A DNA stretch of 61,100 nt, counting the filler, from Syncephalis fuscata S228 (lineage: Eukaryota > Fungi > Zoopagomycota), in assembly GCA_025786725.1 (NCBI GenBank). It is 3 parts of 3 records of this genome, joined end to end, with 100 filler letters (N's around TTAATTAATTAA, not from the genome) between each part and the next. Parts side by side here need not be neighbours in the genome. Positions count along the whole stretch, not along the records: positions 13,500 to 38,924 come from JAHLTZ010000120.1; positions 39,025 to 61,100 come from JAHLTZ010000146.1; 1 more part is not named here. One strand, given 5' to 3'. Position numbers and translations under genes: made by a program. The first letter of the stretch is position 1, and every line of letters begins with the position of its first letter. Under the pieces are notes generated by a model that had not been told where the DNA came from, did no database searches, and worked only from the letters and a program-made list of their open reading frames with translations. Below are positions 36,421 to 49,192 of this stretch, piece by piece.

Positions 36421-38924
36421 TTATTTTAAACTCGTGTGGTCATAAAACACGCTTATTATTAAATTCGTTTGTTGCAAATTATTATTGCAATAATATTCAT
36501 AAATTGATATTCTTAATTGCCGCTTGGTGATTTGAGAGATAAGCTCTAATACAATACTGCCCAATGTGCCGCAGGTCATGAATACCAAGCTAACTTGGCA
36601 TATGACTCTGGGCCGCCACATTTCAGAGAATGCTCGGAAAGGCGGCAATACCGATGGAGGAAAGCGGGGCGATGCTATTGTTGAAGGCATAGGTGACGCC
36701 AGAGGCGATTCCATGCCATTAGCCGACTGGCCGTTATGGCCATACCAAGAAAGTGTGCGACGAATCGAGTCCATACTTTGACGTATATTGGAACGAATGT
36801 TATTACTATTGGAGAACAATTCGGTGGGCGACAATGCTGGCCTATACAAATGCTGCGCACTCGGTATAGTCTTTAAATCATTCATCGATTTTGCGTGTGG
36901 ACGACGAATCTCTGTTGGCGATAACATGCCATCCCCACTGGGGATGAAGGCCGACATTGCTTCCGCCAACTCTCTTTGGCTGAGGTTATGCACTTCAGGG
37001 GCAGAAGTGCGTCGATCCCGTGTTCTAACAGCAGCATCAGCAGCAGTAGTAGCTGTTGAGGAATGCAGTATAGTTTCTTCCATATTACGCTCAACAGTCA
37101 TGTCCCAGTCTGGTAGCGTTTGCGGTGATGTTGGCACTGACAAATGATGGCTTGATACAGGTGAGACAATGTTGAACGTAAGTCCATCGCCGCCGCTGCC
37201 ATTATTCTTCAATGGTACAGAGGATGGTTGATGGTTTGCTTTGTTTTCCGCATTTGAATCATTGCTGCTTAATGACTCAATGTCAGCTGGTGTAATCGAC
37301 GTATTGGACAATATAACTGCTGAATGTCCATTATCCTCCAATAAAGTGATCTTTGGTGTTGGTGGCATATCCGGCATATCTTCGCCAGCTTCGTCAACCT
37401 CTAACGGAGTCGGCAATAAATTAGACGCCATTGGATTGTTAAGTGATAAACGTGCTGGTATCTTCTTTGTTTTTGGAAGATGAGCAGGTGGTGCAAGTTC
37501 TGAATCAGGACAGTTATTGATCTGTACAGTGGGTATTTTTACTGCATTTATGTTAGTTACATGAATAGCTAGTGTTATTATTTCAACTTACTTGAAGATG
37601 GTCGATGTACTGGACGCACTGATTTAAATCGTCGGTACAATAGATACATTACAAATGGTAGAATAAAATTGACAGCTGATGTAAAGAATAGACTGGCCAA
37701 GTTCATTAATGTCATAATTAGATCGCCACTTTGGAATGGAATGGCCACAATCCATGGCAAAACACCTGATAGAAAACCGGCCATAGCTAAACGGGAATAG
37801 GTGTGCATTAGTATTAAGCGAAACTATTGATGAATAGTATACTAACCTGGTCGAACTAATTCAGCATGGATTAAATTGTAGCGCACTACAATAGTAAATA
37901 CTGGAATTGAAGTAATCAGCACAGCAATGGGGAATACATAGGATGAGATACGGATAAACATATTATTGGGCAAAGCAGCTTCTAGAGCGCTTAGAATATC
38001 GCCTTGAGCTGGCAAATCTATGGCCATTGATCCTATAAATAAACAATTAGTATCATATACATATATATTGTTAAATGTATTACCAAGTACACCGAGCAGG
38101 ATATAAAGTACAGTCGAAATACCAATTGACCACCAAATAGACTTTTTAGTTGATACTGTTGATTTCTACAAGATATAATAAAGGTTAATGCTTAGTATGG
38201 CTATTAATATACAAATATATTTTTTATTACCTTAGAATTAATCCAGGATGGCACAGTAGTGATAAATGCATAATTGAACAGTACAGTGCCTATCACTTGA
38301 CCAAGATTTGAAGTGACCGCTGGTAGTCGTTCTGCAGATAGACCAAGTTCGCAGAAAGTGACCATCCAACCAACAGTAATGACAATAAGACCACCCATGG
38401 ATACTGATTGTTTACTGGTTAGTATATGAAACGTTATAGCTATTCTGTCACTTACGGATTTGAACAATGGCATTATCAACAAGACGTAAAAAGCCCAATG
38501 GACCCACAATGCCTACAGCAATCTAAAGTAAATAAACAAATAGATTAATATTAGTACAGTTTATACATATAATTTAATTCAATTACCAGTAATCCAAAGG
38601 TGAAAAGCATATAAGCATCATTAAACGGTGAAGCATTGGCTGAAACAGTTTCGCCCATAGTTTGCATATCAACGCACAGCCATTGAACTTTTGGATAAAT
38701 AGAAAGGCCACAGGTACGGCCAGCCAATGTAAGAATCATTCGATCCATACTCTGTAATAAAGTTAGTATCTTCTATTGTATTGATGGTCTATACACTCAC
38801 CTGGATCGATAGAATGATGGAAGCAACATTAACGGTTTGTAGTGACAAGAATAGCCATATGTGTAGGGGTATACGCCACCGTTTGCTGAGAAAGGATTCG
38901 GCCAGCGATCCAAATTCAATTTGT
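36421..38924 (-). CDS. Amino acid transporter (Aa_trans/AVT-like) with a long cytosolic C-terminal insert; 5' end lost in the gap
   Basis: Multi-exon, many TM segments: GTVLFNYAFITTVPSWIN, YVFPIAVLITSIPVFTIVVRYNL, SLFFTSAVNFILPF. Confidence 0.8.
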
Positions 38925-39024
38925 NNNNNNNNNNNNNNNNNNNNNNNNNNNNNNNNNNNNNNNNNNNNTTAATTAATTAANNNNNNNNNNNNNNNNNNNN
39001 NNNNNNNNNNNNNNNNNNNNNNNN
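38925..39024. other. Scaffold gap with artificial linker
   Basis: N44-TTAATTAATTAA-N44. Confidence 0.97.
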
Positions 39025-39948
39025 CGGCTTTAGACAAATCTACCTTATGTTCTTTGGATAGTGGCATTCAGTCTTTCATTTATGGCTGTGCTGCATATAA
39101 TGGAGCTGATTCTTGCACCCATTGAAAAGGTTAAACTTACAAAGTTAGCAACATCTGCCAAGATTGTAGAAATGAAACCAAATGAATATCAACGCTTGCT
39201 ATGCCGACTTCAAACGCCATTTATCCTAGATGCCATCAACAATCATAGTATGAAGATATTCTTACTGGTCAGTTTTATAACTTTTAATCTATCCATTATA
39301 CTAACTAGTATATTTACATTTATCTATATTATTTATACAATATAGGCCAATTTATCAACTGGATTGGTCAACTTTTCAATGCGTACGTTATACGCTTCTT
39401 CTATAACCTCCATGGCCGTCCTATCTGCCTATCTACTATTCATTTGCCTAGCTGCTACTAGTCTGGCCTATTAGTGGCATGCCAAGCAACTTGTAAATCA
39501 AACGATGGCATCATACGTTCTACGTAGAATCAATCGATCAATCCATTGAATCCACGTGAATAAAATAAAAGTAAAAATGAAAATACTTTCGGCACTCATG
39601 TTTCCGCCACTTCTCACGATACAATACACACTGTGCACACAATGACATTTTGAGATAAGATGAAACAACATCAGTTTGTGGGTGGGCACCTATTAAATTG
39701 CCGATATATTTACTTTTTTCTTTTGAACAAATCAAACACACGGGTCCATTAGTGAATGTGTGAATAAATGATGCTAATTTGCCCAGGCTATAATATATAG
39801 CCAAGTGGGTTCGGTCATCTAAAATGTCTGTGATATAACCACACATAACTTGTCAACAGCCATTGTTCATTGTTATTATTATGAATGTTATATTTATTAA
39901 CATTTTATTATTGTTACTATAAGAATTTGCATCTTACACTTATTACTT

Positions 39949-39979
<31 letters not shown>

Positions 39980-40291
39980 TAAACGCACTTGCACTCTTAT
40001 ACTTTCTACTTTAACCAAACCGACGCACACCCCTACTATTCGACCCTTGCATTCACCCGGTTTCTTCCGTGGACGGACCGCTTATCATTGCTCGTGCGTA
40101 GTAGTAATAGTAGTAGTTTTGTGGTGGCTCGTTCCGACTCTAGAGAGACGTGCCAGTGCACTGTTGATTTTGGGAGGTGTAATAGTAACGCAGTAATTGC
40201 AGTGCTTAACTAAGCTTGATTGCGCCACTATTGGCAGCATTAGTGACTTGGTAGCTGCTATTAAGCAACTACTGGCAAACAACGGCTAGAC

Positions 40292-42536
40292 ATGTCCGAA
40301 TCAATAAGCGCTATGACGCCCCCGGCGGGTAATTTAGTACGTGCTACAGTCAAGATGGAGCACCAACCTGCACATGCTGTATCTTCAATGGCCGCGTCAG
40401 CTTCGTCTTTTTCTTCCACTTCCACGCCCACAGCGTCTGGTGTCATTCCTTTATCTTTTCACTCGCTATCGTCTACGCCTGGAAATCTACCGATTGCCTT
40501 TGTGCCTGCACCACTTCTATCGACTACGATTAACTCGGCTGGCAATTCATTAACCGGATCACCTACGGCTTGTGCACGAACTGCCTCCATTGACCCAGGA
40601 TTCGGTGGCTACTTAAAGGACCAATCATTGCTATACAATAGCCATAACGGTAATAATAGCTATAATAGTAGTGCTGCTAGCAATAACGGTGGCACTGATA
40701 CTTGCGCCTCGTTCCATCGACGGAAAAAAGCTTCGCGTGCCTGTCTTCATTGTCAAAAGGCACACTTAACGTGCGACGATAGTAAGTCATAGCTGCCTTT
40801 GTGGTGCACGCCATTCATAGATATGACCGGCTAATGTTCATTTTCTGCCTTTGATTAGATCGACCTTGCCAGCGGTGTATTAAACGAGGTCTAACTGAAA
40901 CGTGTGCAGACGGTTTAAGGAAACGTGCCAAATATCTACAGGAATCACAAGAAGGTAAGTAATTTAAGCAGTTGTATGGCAGATACTTATATTTTGCTTA
41001 TACCTAGAAGGAGCATCGTCACCCGAGAAAAGCACACCAGCAAGCTCAGCCAGCCAGATTGCTGATATCAATAATACGCCCACTGTCTCAACGTTTGATT
41101 ATAGCGATTCGTTTTCTGCCGTTGCCGCCGCAGCAGCCGCAGCATTAGGCTCAGTAGCCAATACGAATTCGAGTGAGGAGACATCACCAGCCCCAGGATT
41201 TGACTTTGGCAGTGAAACATTAAATCTGGAGTACGCCATTCTCAGTAGCATGCTGGCCAATCCTGCATTGGCGGCGCTCAGCAATGCTACTACAAGAAAC
41301 AATGCGTCTCCATCGTCATCATCACCACCAACAATGGCCGTGGATAATGCAAACATGTCATCCATCTATGCTGGCCTACCCGATATGAGTATGATTGAGA
41401 CATCGGCATGGTCCAACTCATCTGCTTTGGCCCAGTCAGCATCGGGAGTGGAGGGTGTACTGTCCAATAGTGTCACCTCACAGCTGGGCCAATCTGCTTT
41501 ACTATCATCTACAGCAGCAGCGGCAGCCGCGGCACTTTTAGCACAAACGCAGCAATCTATCACATTAAACGATGTCTCACTAGCACAGCCATTATCGCCA
41601 TCCAATTATGCCAATCTCAATACGTATAGCAATAGTCAATCACATGCACAACAATTATCACAGCAACAGCAACAACAACAACAACAGCAGCAACAATATA
41701 ATCTACTAAATGGCAGTAGAACAGCATTAAGTGCCTATGAACTGTACGCACAAGTACAAGAACCATATGACTACACGTCAGGATTCCATCATTTATTACA
41801 GCATTTGAAAGAGCGGTAAGTTTACTGATTTATTAAATACTATTAATGTCTAATCATCATTCATTATTTTAGTATGAGTAAAGAAGATATGATGCGTGTA
41901 TGTCGAGCGATGGCCTCAATTCGCCCATCTTTAATTGCACTTATTATGAATCTTACGCGTGAAGATCTAATTTTTATGGAAAAGTGTTTCCAACGCACAT
42001 TATTGGTAATAGTCAAGTTATAACAATAATAATATGTGCTAATAATATAATATTATAGGAATTTGAAAAACTAATAAGCTATTCTGGCACACCAACTGTT
42101 GTATGGCGACGTACTGGTCTTATTTCATTTGTAGGCAAGGAATTTACCCTATTAACACAATGGACACGCGACCAACTACTTGGCAAGCCCATGTATATTT
42201 ATGAGGTAAGTGATATATGTGCTATAGCTGATTAATGAATATTAATGTCATTGGCTGATATTATTAGCTAATGGATGTTCGCTCGGCCGTAAACTACTGG
42301 GAAGAGTTTTGTATGCACGCTTTTGATAATGCACATCAATCTGTACAGACAACGTGTACTCTACAGTCACCTGATGGTCGAAGTGTACCTTGCACTTTTT
42401 GCTTTACGATTAAACGAGATATATTTGACATACCATTGGCTATTGTAGGCAACGTAAGTATAATGGAAAACGAATACAACAGCTATCCTCTAATTTGTTA
42501 TTATAACTATTATAGTTTTTGCCAATTCTTCGATAG
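40292..42536 (+). CDS. ERT1: Zn(II)2Cys6-PAS transcription factor, Ert1/AcuK-like (gluconeogenesis activator)
   Basis: [42 protein letters not shown]; PYDYTSGFH; [13 protein letters not shown]; [11 protein letters not shown]; [21 protein letters not shown]. Confidence 0.88.
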
Positions 42537-43301
42537 TTCGGATTTTGCAACGAGCAAGCATTTAATATTTTTATTTTCATTTACAATTATAAATTTAATA
42601 ATCAATTTATTTATTTAATGAAAAATACTCACAATGATGATTATGCATAATGTATTATTTATCATCATTACTACTAATAATAGTAATGGTAAAAACAACT
42701 GACCTCAATTTTGGTATATCAAATAGTAAAATGAAATCAAAATAGTCAAACAATTTTAAATAATAGTTTTAATCAGTGTAAATTGACCATCTGCGTTGTT
42801 GTAAAAGTGCATCATTGCTCATGTTTATGTATTAAATATTTAAAATAGCATATGACCCACATGATAGAGCAATGTGCAGTAGACAAGGCAAGTAAATGTC
42901 AAATATATCAGTGAATAGTCTATTTATCGTTGTTTTATACGAGAGGATACAGCGTATCAATATTATATTGTTTAGATATGCGAGTAGCAATATTAATTAC
43001 ACCATTTAGATTATCTTAACCACAAAGATACATTATTGCTGGTTTATACAGACTGATCAGCCGATTTGTAGATAACAGTCAATAGACTAGCCACATAAAT
43101 AAAATTGTTTTTATTGGCCAGAAACAAGAATAAAACACAAATTTCTCAGCTTGCTATCTGCAAGTCACTAAGATAGCACTAGGACTACAGCGTTGACACA
43201 AAGACATTTGTAGTTTCTTTGTCTGAATTAGATTTTAAACATGTGCATGTTTCGCACTTCTCGTCTAGTTTCTATTTATCGCCTGCTTCGATTCTTCAGC
43301 T

Positions 43302-45417
43302 ATGCCTTCAGACTTATCAAGCTTAGTATTTTCAATGCTACCAAGCTGGGAAATGGGCGCAGCAGCTATTGTTGGCTATATAGCTTACAAGGTTGGCTAT
43401 TATATGGATAATTAAATGGTATTATTCATTAATGATATAATATATTCTGTTAAATAGTTTATTAAAAATGAATACCAGACACCATTAGCCAAATTGCCTG
43501 GACCATGTTTTGCTGTAATCCATGAGTATATCCTCATTGCTCAACAAATTTATAAGATGGAGCGGATAAAAGTTTATGAAATGCACGAGCGCTATGGAGC
43601 TATTGTGCGCATAGGCAAGTAGAAGGTGTGGATTTTAATAACATCGTTAATGTATATTATAGGCAAAGATACCATTTGGATATCCGATGCGGCAATGGTT
43701 CGCAAGGTTAACGGATCGTATCAATATACCAAAGGACATGAGTATGATCACTTTCGCTTTAAGCACGATACGCTATTTAGCACAAGGTAAATTAGTATGT
43801 AAACATTTTTAATTAATATTTATTTTTATGACAATATAAAAAGAAATAACGAATATCATCGTGTACAGGTAGCTATTACGATTTAAGAGCTTATTGAATA
43901 AATAATTGAATGAGTTATTAGAAACGATTAATGATGCCAGCATTTACACCAAATACATTGAATGATCTTGAGCCATTGATTTATAAAGTTGGTATTGCAC
44001 GTCTTGTCGCACGCCTTCAAGAATATGCCGATTCTGGCCACAGTGTCGATCTAATAGTATTGCTAAAGGATATGAATTTTGTATGTTATATTATTTGTTA
44101 CCACCTTTAATATTTATATAGTATTGCTACTCTGCGTAGGATATCATGGGTGAAATCGGGTTTGGCGAGGCATTTGGACTAGTTGAAGGAAAAGAAAGCC
44201 TTCCCATTGTACAATGGATGCAAAGTAAAATGCGATATGGCACCCTAGTAAGTCTAAATAGCGGCTTGTCGAAATGTATTAACACAATCAGCTTAGAGAT
44301 ATATTCTTGGTAAACTTTTCTTTCCAAGTATGCATCCCAAATTGGTTCAAGATAGTGAAGCGATGGATAATGTATGTAGTTATAAATAGTTATATAGCCA
44401 TTATTGATATATCAGTAATTAATGGATATATATAGTATACGCTGAAAGTAATCAAAAAAAGAAGAGAGGCTCCAATAACTGGAAGACAGGATATTCTACA
44501 GCGGTTATTAGATTCATTTGATAAAGAGACTGGAGCAACACTATCGGATCAAAGCATTAGGGCAGAGATCATTTCATTAATGTAAATACTATATATAATA
44601 ATCATATAATAAATAACAACAACAATACTGATTATTATCTAGGATTGCTGGTACAGATACTACAGCGCTAACACTAACATGGTAAGCTATTATATAAATG
44701 TTACAATTAAATTTAATTATTCGGTTTATTTATAGGACAATGCATTATTTACTCCAACATCCTGAATGTTTTAACCGTTTGGCCAATGAAATTAGATCCG
44801 TGTATCCTAATCCTGACACACCGATGGTCTATAAAGATGTATTAGCGATGACTTATCTCGATGCTGTACTTCACGAATCAATGCGTATTCAACCAATTGC
44901 CATTCATGGTATGCCACGTATTATTCCTGATGGTGGCACGCATCTTGGTGATTATTTTATTCCAGGCGGAGTAAGCATTATTAATACATACATACATTTA
45001 GTAATAATATGTTTATTTATGTTTAGACAACAGTCATGGTATCCGTTGGTGCTATGCAGATGAATAAGGATGTGTTTCCAGAACCAGAACTATTCCGGCC
45101 AGATCGATGGATTGATTCATCGCCTGAACAACTTGCAAAGATGAAATTTAATTTTACGCCTTTTTCAGTGGGGCCTCGTGCTTGCATTGGCCGCAGGTAA
45201 GCCATTCTTTTGTATTAATATTATTTATTTACTTATTCATTTATTATATTTACATGTATTGAGTAGTCTGGCGTGGATGGAGTTACGGCTAACACTTGCC
45301 GGATCAGCGCGCCATTTTACCTTTGTGTCGTCTCCAGAAAATGATATGCGTCCTTTTTATCAAAGTACGACAAGTCCTAGAGGAGGCAAATTTGTGGTAC
45401 AAGTCTCACGAGTTTAA
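43302..45417 (+). CDS. Cytochrome P450, tandem copy A, multi-exon
   Basis: LPGP hinge, AGTDTT, ESMR (ExxR), PDRW, heme motif FSVGPRACIGR. Confidence 0.93.
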
Positions 45418-45621
45418 ATTATGTTTATCAATAAAAGATTGCTTAATGATTTTATGCATTTTTTGCTTTACTTTAATTCGAATCATTACTGTATACTAAA
45501 ATAGCTTTATTTGATATGAAAACAGCTACAATACTGTAACACTAGTACATATGCTTGGATTAATTTAGGTAGCACCATTGATTACATTGATATTATGACT
45601 AATGTGTTAACAATATAAATA

Positions 45622-46301
45622 TTCTTATTACTATCTTATTATTTTATTCAGTAATATATTATATAATAATGCCAAATATAACAATATAAATAGCATGCGT
45701 ATTTGAACGTCAATAAAGAACATTATTCAATCCCTAGTCTTTATTTCTCTTATTTTACATCAACACCTGTTCAAGTGACCGCAACGGCATGCTGTATATT
45801 CTAGTTACAGTTGTCGCCACAGGATCTTCCTGGTGAATACACTCAACCTATCACTCTTGCATGTGGTGGAGGCAGATTTGCTTTATTGATGGTTGGCAAA
45901 TAAACTGCACCTACCAAGTTGATACCAAGAATGCTCAAGAGAACGGTGAAAATCAGAAACACTAAACATCCTACCTTTTTGTCACCATAGAGGAGTATCT
46001 TACATCACAGATATGCCTAAAATGTAACAGTAGAAGATTGGGAAATAGAACAAATCATTAAGATGCAAGGAATCACACTGTACGTAGTAACAACAACAAC
46101 TGCGAAACGACATGGAATTGCAATCGATGGCTTTTATTAATATTTAATCAATCTTTCTATACATGGCCAACAACAACAACAATTGGTCTCGTGAATTTCA
46201 AGTAATCAAATGAAAACACTATACTTGTGTTTTGTTATGCATAACAGTACGATTTGAATTAAAACGAATTTTGCTTTAAAGCCTCCAAATGTGGAAGTCA
46301 A
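45622..46301 (+). mobile_element. Decayed Fanzor element remnant, copy 3 (longest; shares its left end with copy 2 and its right tail with copy 1)
   Basis: ITLACGGGRFALLMVGK*TAPTKLIPRMLKR...VTIEEYLTSQICLKC...CETTWNCN/MAFINI*SIFLYMANNNNNWSREFQ. Confidence 0.85.
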
Positions 46302-46938
46302 AAATACAATTTAACCAATGTAATTGATCATTTGCATTGTTGTAAAGGTAAATCAATGATCACATGCTTAATTTCATGCTGCATATTTGCTATTTAAAAT
46401 ATTGTGTAACTCATATGATAGAGCAATATGCAATACACAGGGAACGTAACTGTGAGTCATATCGGTAAATAGCTCTGCGTATCGCTGTTCTATATGTATG
46501 AATACAGTGTATTAATGCTATGCCATCTGAACGTATGACTATCAATGGTAATGGTGTTGACATGAATAAGACAGCTAATTAATAAAATAAAATAGAATGA
46601 AACTCAATATTTTATTACAAGAAATGGTAAATCATGTGTGTATTTATAATACGTGTGTGCTACACAAATATCTAAATATATTTATATGTTAAACAAGCTA
46701 AGAAATATTCTTCTTTTTAGTCTCACGACAATACGTCATGATTACACTATTCATATTGTTTATGAGTTATAAAAATACATCATTGCTAATTCATTCAGAT
46801 CACTTGACCAATTTGTATATAGTAAATAAATTATTTATATAATGGTAAGTTGTTTGCCTAAACTGGATTTTAGATATTCACAAATTGCCTTTTCTTCTCG
46901 TCTAGTTTCTATTTATCGCCTGCTTCGATTCTTCAGCT

Positions 46939-49049
46939 ATGCCTTCAGACTTATCAAGCTTAGTATTTTCAATGCTACCAAGCTGGGAAATGGGTGCAGT
47001 AGCTATTGTTGGCTATATAGCTTACAAGGTTGGCTATTATATGGATAATTAAATGGTATTATTCATTAATGATATAATATATTCTGTCAAATAGTTTATC
47101 AAAAATGAATACCAGACACCATTAGCCAAATTGCCTGGACCATGTTTTGCTGTAATCCATGAGTATATCCTCATTGCTCAACAAATCTATAAGATGGAAC
47201 CGGTAAAAGTTTATGAAATGCACGAGCGCTATGGACCTATTGTGCGCATAGGCAAGTAGAAGGTGTGGATTTTAATAACATCGTTAATGTATATTATAGG
47301 CAAAGATACCATTTGGATATCCGATGCGGCAATGATTCGTAAGGTTAACGGATCGTATCAATATACTAAAGGACATGAGTACGATCACTTTAGCTTTAAG
47401 CATGATACGCTATTTAGCACAAGGTAAATTAGTATGTAGACATTTTTAATTAATATTTATTTTTATGGCAATATAAAAAGAAATAACGAATATCATCGTG
47501 TACTGGTAATTATTGCTATTTAAGCCTTGATTAAGCAAATAGTCTAATGGATTATTAGAAACGATTAATGATGCCAGCATATGCAACAAATACTTTAAAC
47601 GATCTTGAGCCATTGATTTATAAAGTTGGTATTGCACGTCTTGTCGTACGCCTTCAAGAATATGCCGATTCTGGTAGTAGTGTCGATCTAATGGACATGC
47701 TAAAGAAAATGACGTTTGTATGTTATATTATTTGTTACTTTCTTCACTATACCTATATAACATTACCACTTTTTGTAGGACATTATTGGTGAAGTTGCAT
47801 TTGGTAAAACATTTGGATTACTTGAAAAACAAGAAAGTCATCCAATTATAAAATGGATGCAAAGTAGGATTCAATATGGCACCCTAGTAAGATTAAATAG
47901 CGGTTTGTCGAAATGCGTTAACACAACTAGCTTAGAAATTTCTCCTTGGTAGACTTTTCTTTTTAAATATGTATCCAAAATTGGTCCAAGATATTAATGC
48001 AATGGATAAGGTATGTATTATTGATAGTTACATAATAGTTATTTATTATATAAATAATCAAATATAGTATGCAATCGATATAATCAAAAAAAGAAGAAAG
48101 GCTTTAGTAGCTGAAAGGCACGACATTTTGCAACGGTTACTAGATGCAGTTGACGAAGAAACTGGAGCAACGCTATCGGATGAATATATTACGGCAGAAA
48201 TCGCTTCATTAATGTAAATACTATATATAATAATCATATGATAAATAACAACAACAATACTGATTATTATCTAGGATTGCTGGTACAGATACTACAGCGC
48301 TAACACTAACATGGTAAGCTATTATATAAATGTTACAATTAAATTTAATTATTCGGTTTATTTATAGGACAATGCATTATTTACTCCAACATCCTGAATG
48401 TTTTAACCGTTTGGCCAATGAAATTAGATCCGTGTATCCTAATCCTGACACACCGATGGTCTATAAAGATGTATTAGCGATGACTTATCTCGATGCTGTA
48501 CTTCACGAATCAATGCGTATTCAACCAATTGCCATTCATGGTATGCCACGTATTATTCCTGATGGTGGCACGCATCTTGGTGATTATTTTATTCCAGGCG
48601 GAGTAAGCATTATTAATACATACATACATTTAGTAATAATATGTTTATTTATGTTTAGACAACAGTCATGGTATCCGTTGGTGCTATGCAGATGAATAAG
48701 GATGTGTTTCCAGAACCAGAACTATTCCGGCCAGATCGATGGATTGATTCATCGCCTGAACAACTTGCAAAGATGAAATTTAATTTTACGCCTTTTTCAG
48801 TGGGGCCTCGTGCTTGCATTGGCCGCAGGTAAGCCATTCTTTTGTATTAATATTATTTATTTACTTATTCATTTATTATATTTACATGTATTGAGTAGTC
48901 TGGCGTGGATGGAGTTACGGCTAACACTTGCCGGATTAGCGCGCCATTTTACCTTTGTGTCGTCTCCAGAAAATGATATGCGTCCTTTTTATCAAGGCCC
49001 AGCAAGTCCCAAAGGAGGCGTGTTTGTAGTGCAAGTTTCACGGGCCTAA
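46939..49049 (+). CDS. Cytochrome P450, tandem copy B, multi-exon
   Basis: Same motifs and exon structure as copy A. Confidence 0.93.
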
Positions 49050-49192
49050 ACTACACTCTATTATCTTATAATGTTAGCTTTTAATACTTACATTTAAATC
49101 ATTAGTGTGAATAAAATAGCTTTATTTAACATGGCAACATCTATAGTACGGATAAAAATAGTATATATTATATAAATGCGCTAGCTGCTTAT

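Noticed and set aside
39025-39850. Cys-containing minus-strand ORFs next to the gap
   Set aside because: Interrupted by stops and no family recognised; at most a pseudogene fragment.
39949-39973. (CA)n tracts here and near 10590, 15290 and 60635
   Set aside because: Ordinary microsatellites in promoter or UTR regions.
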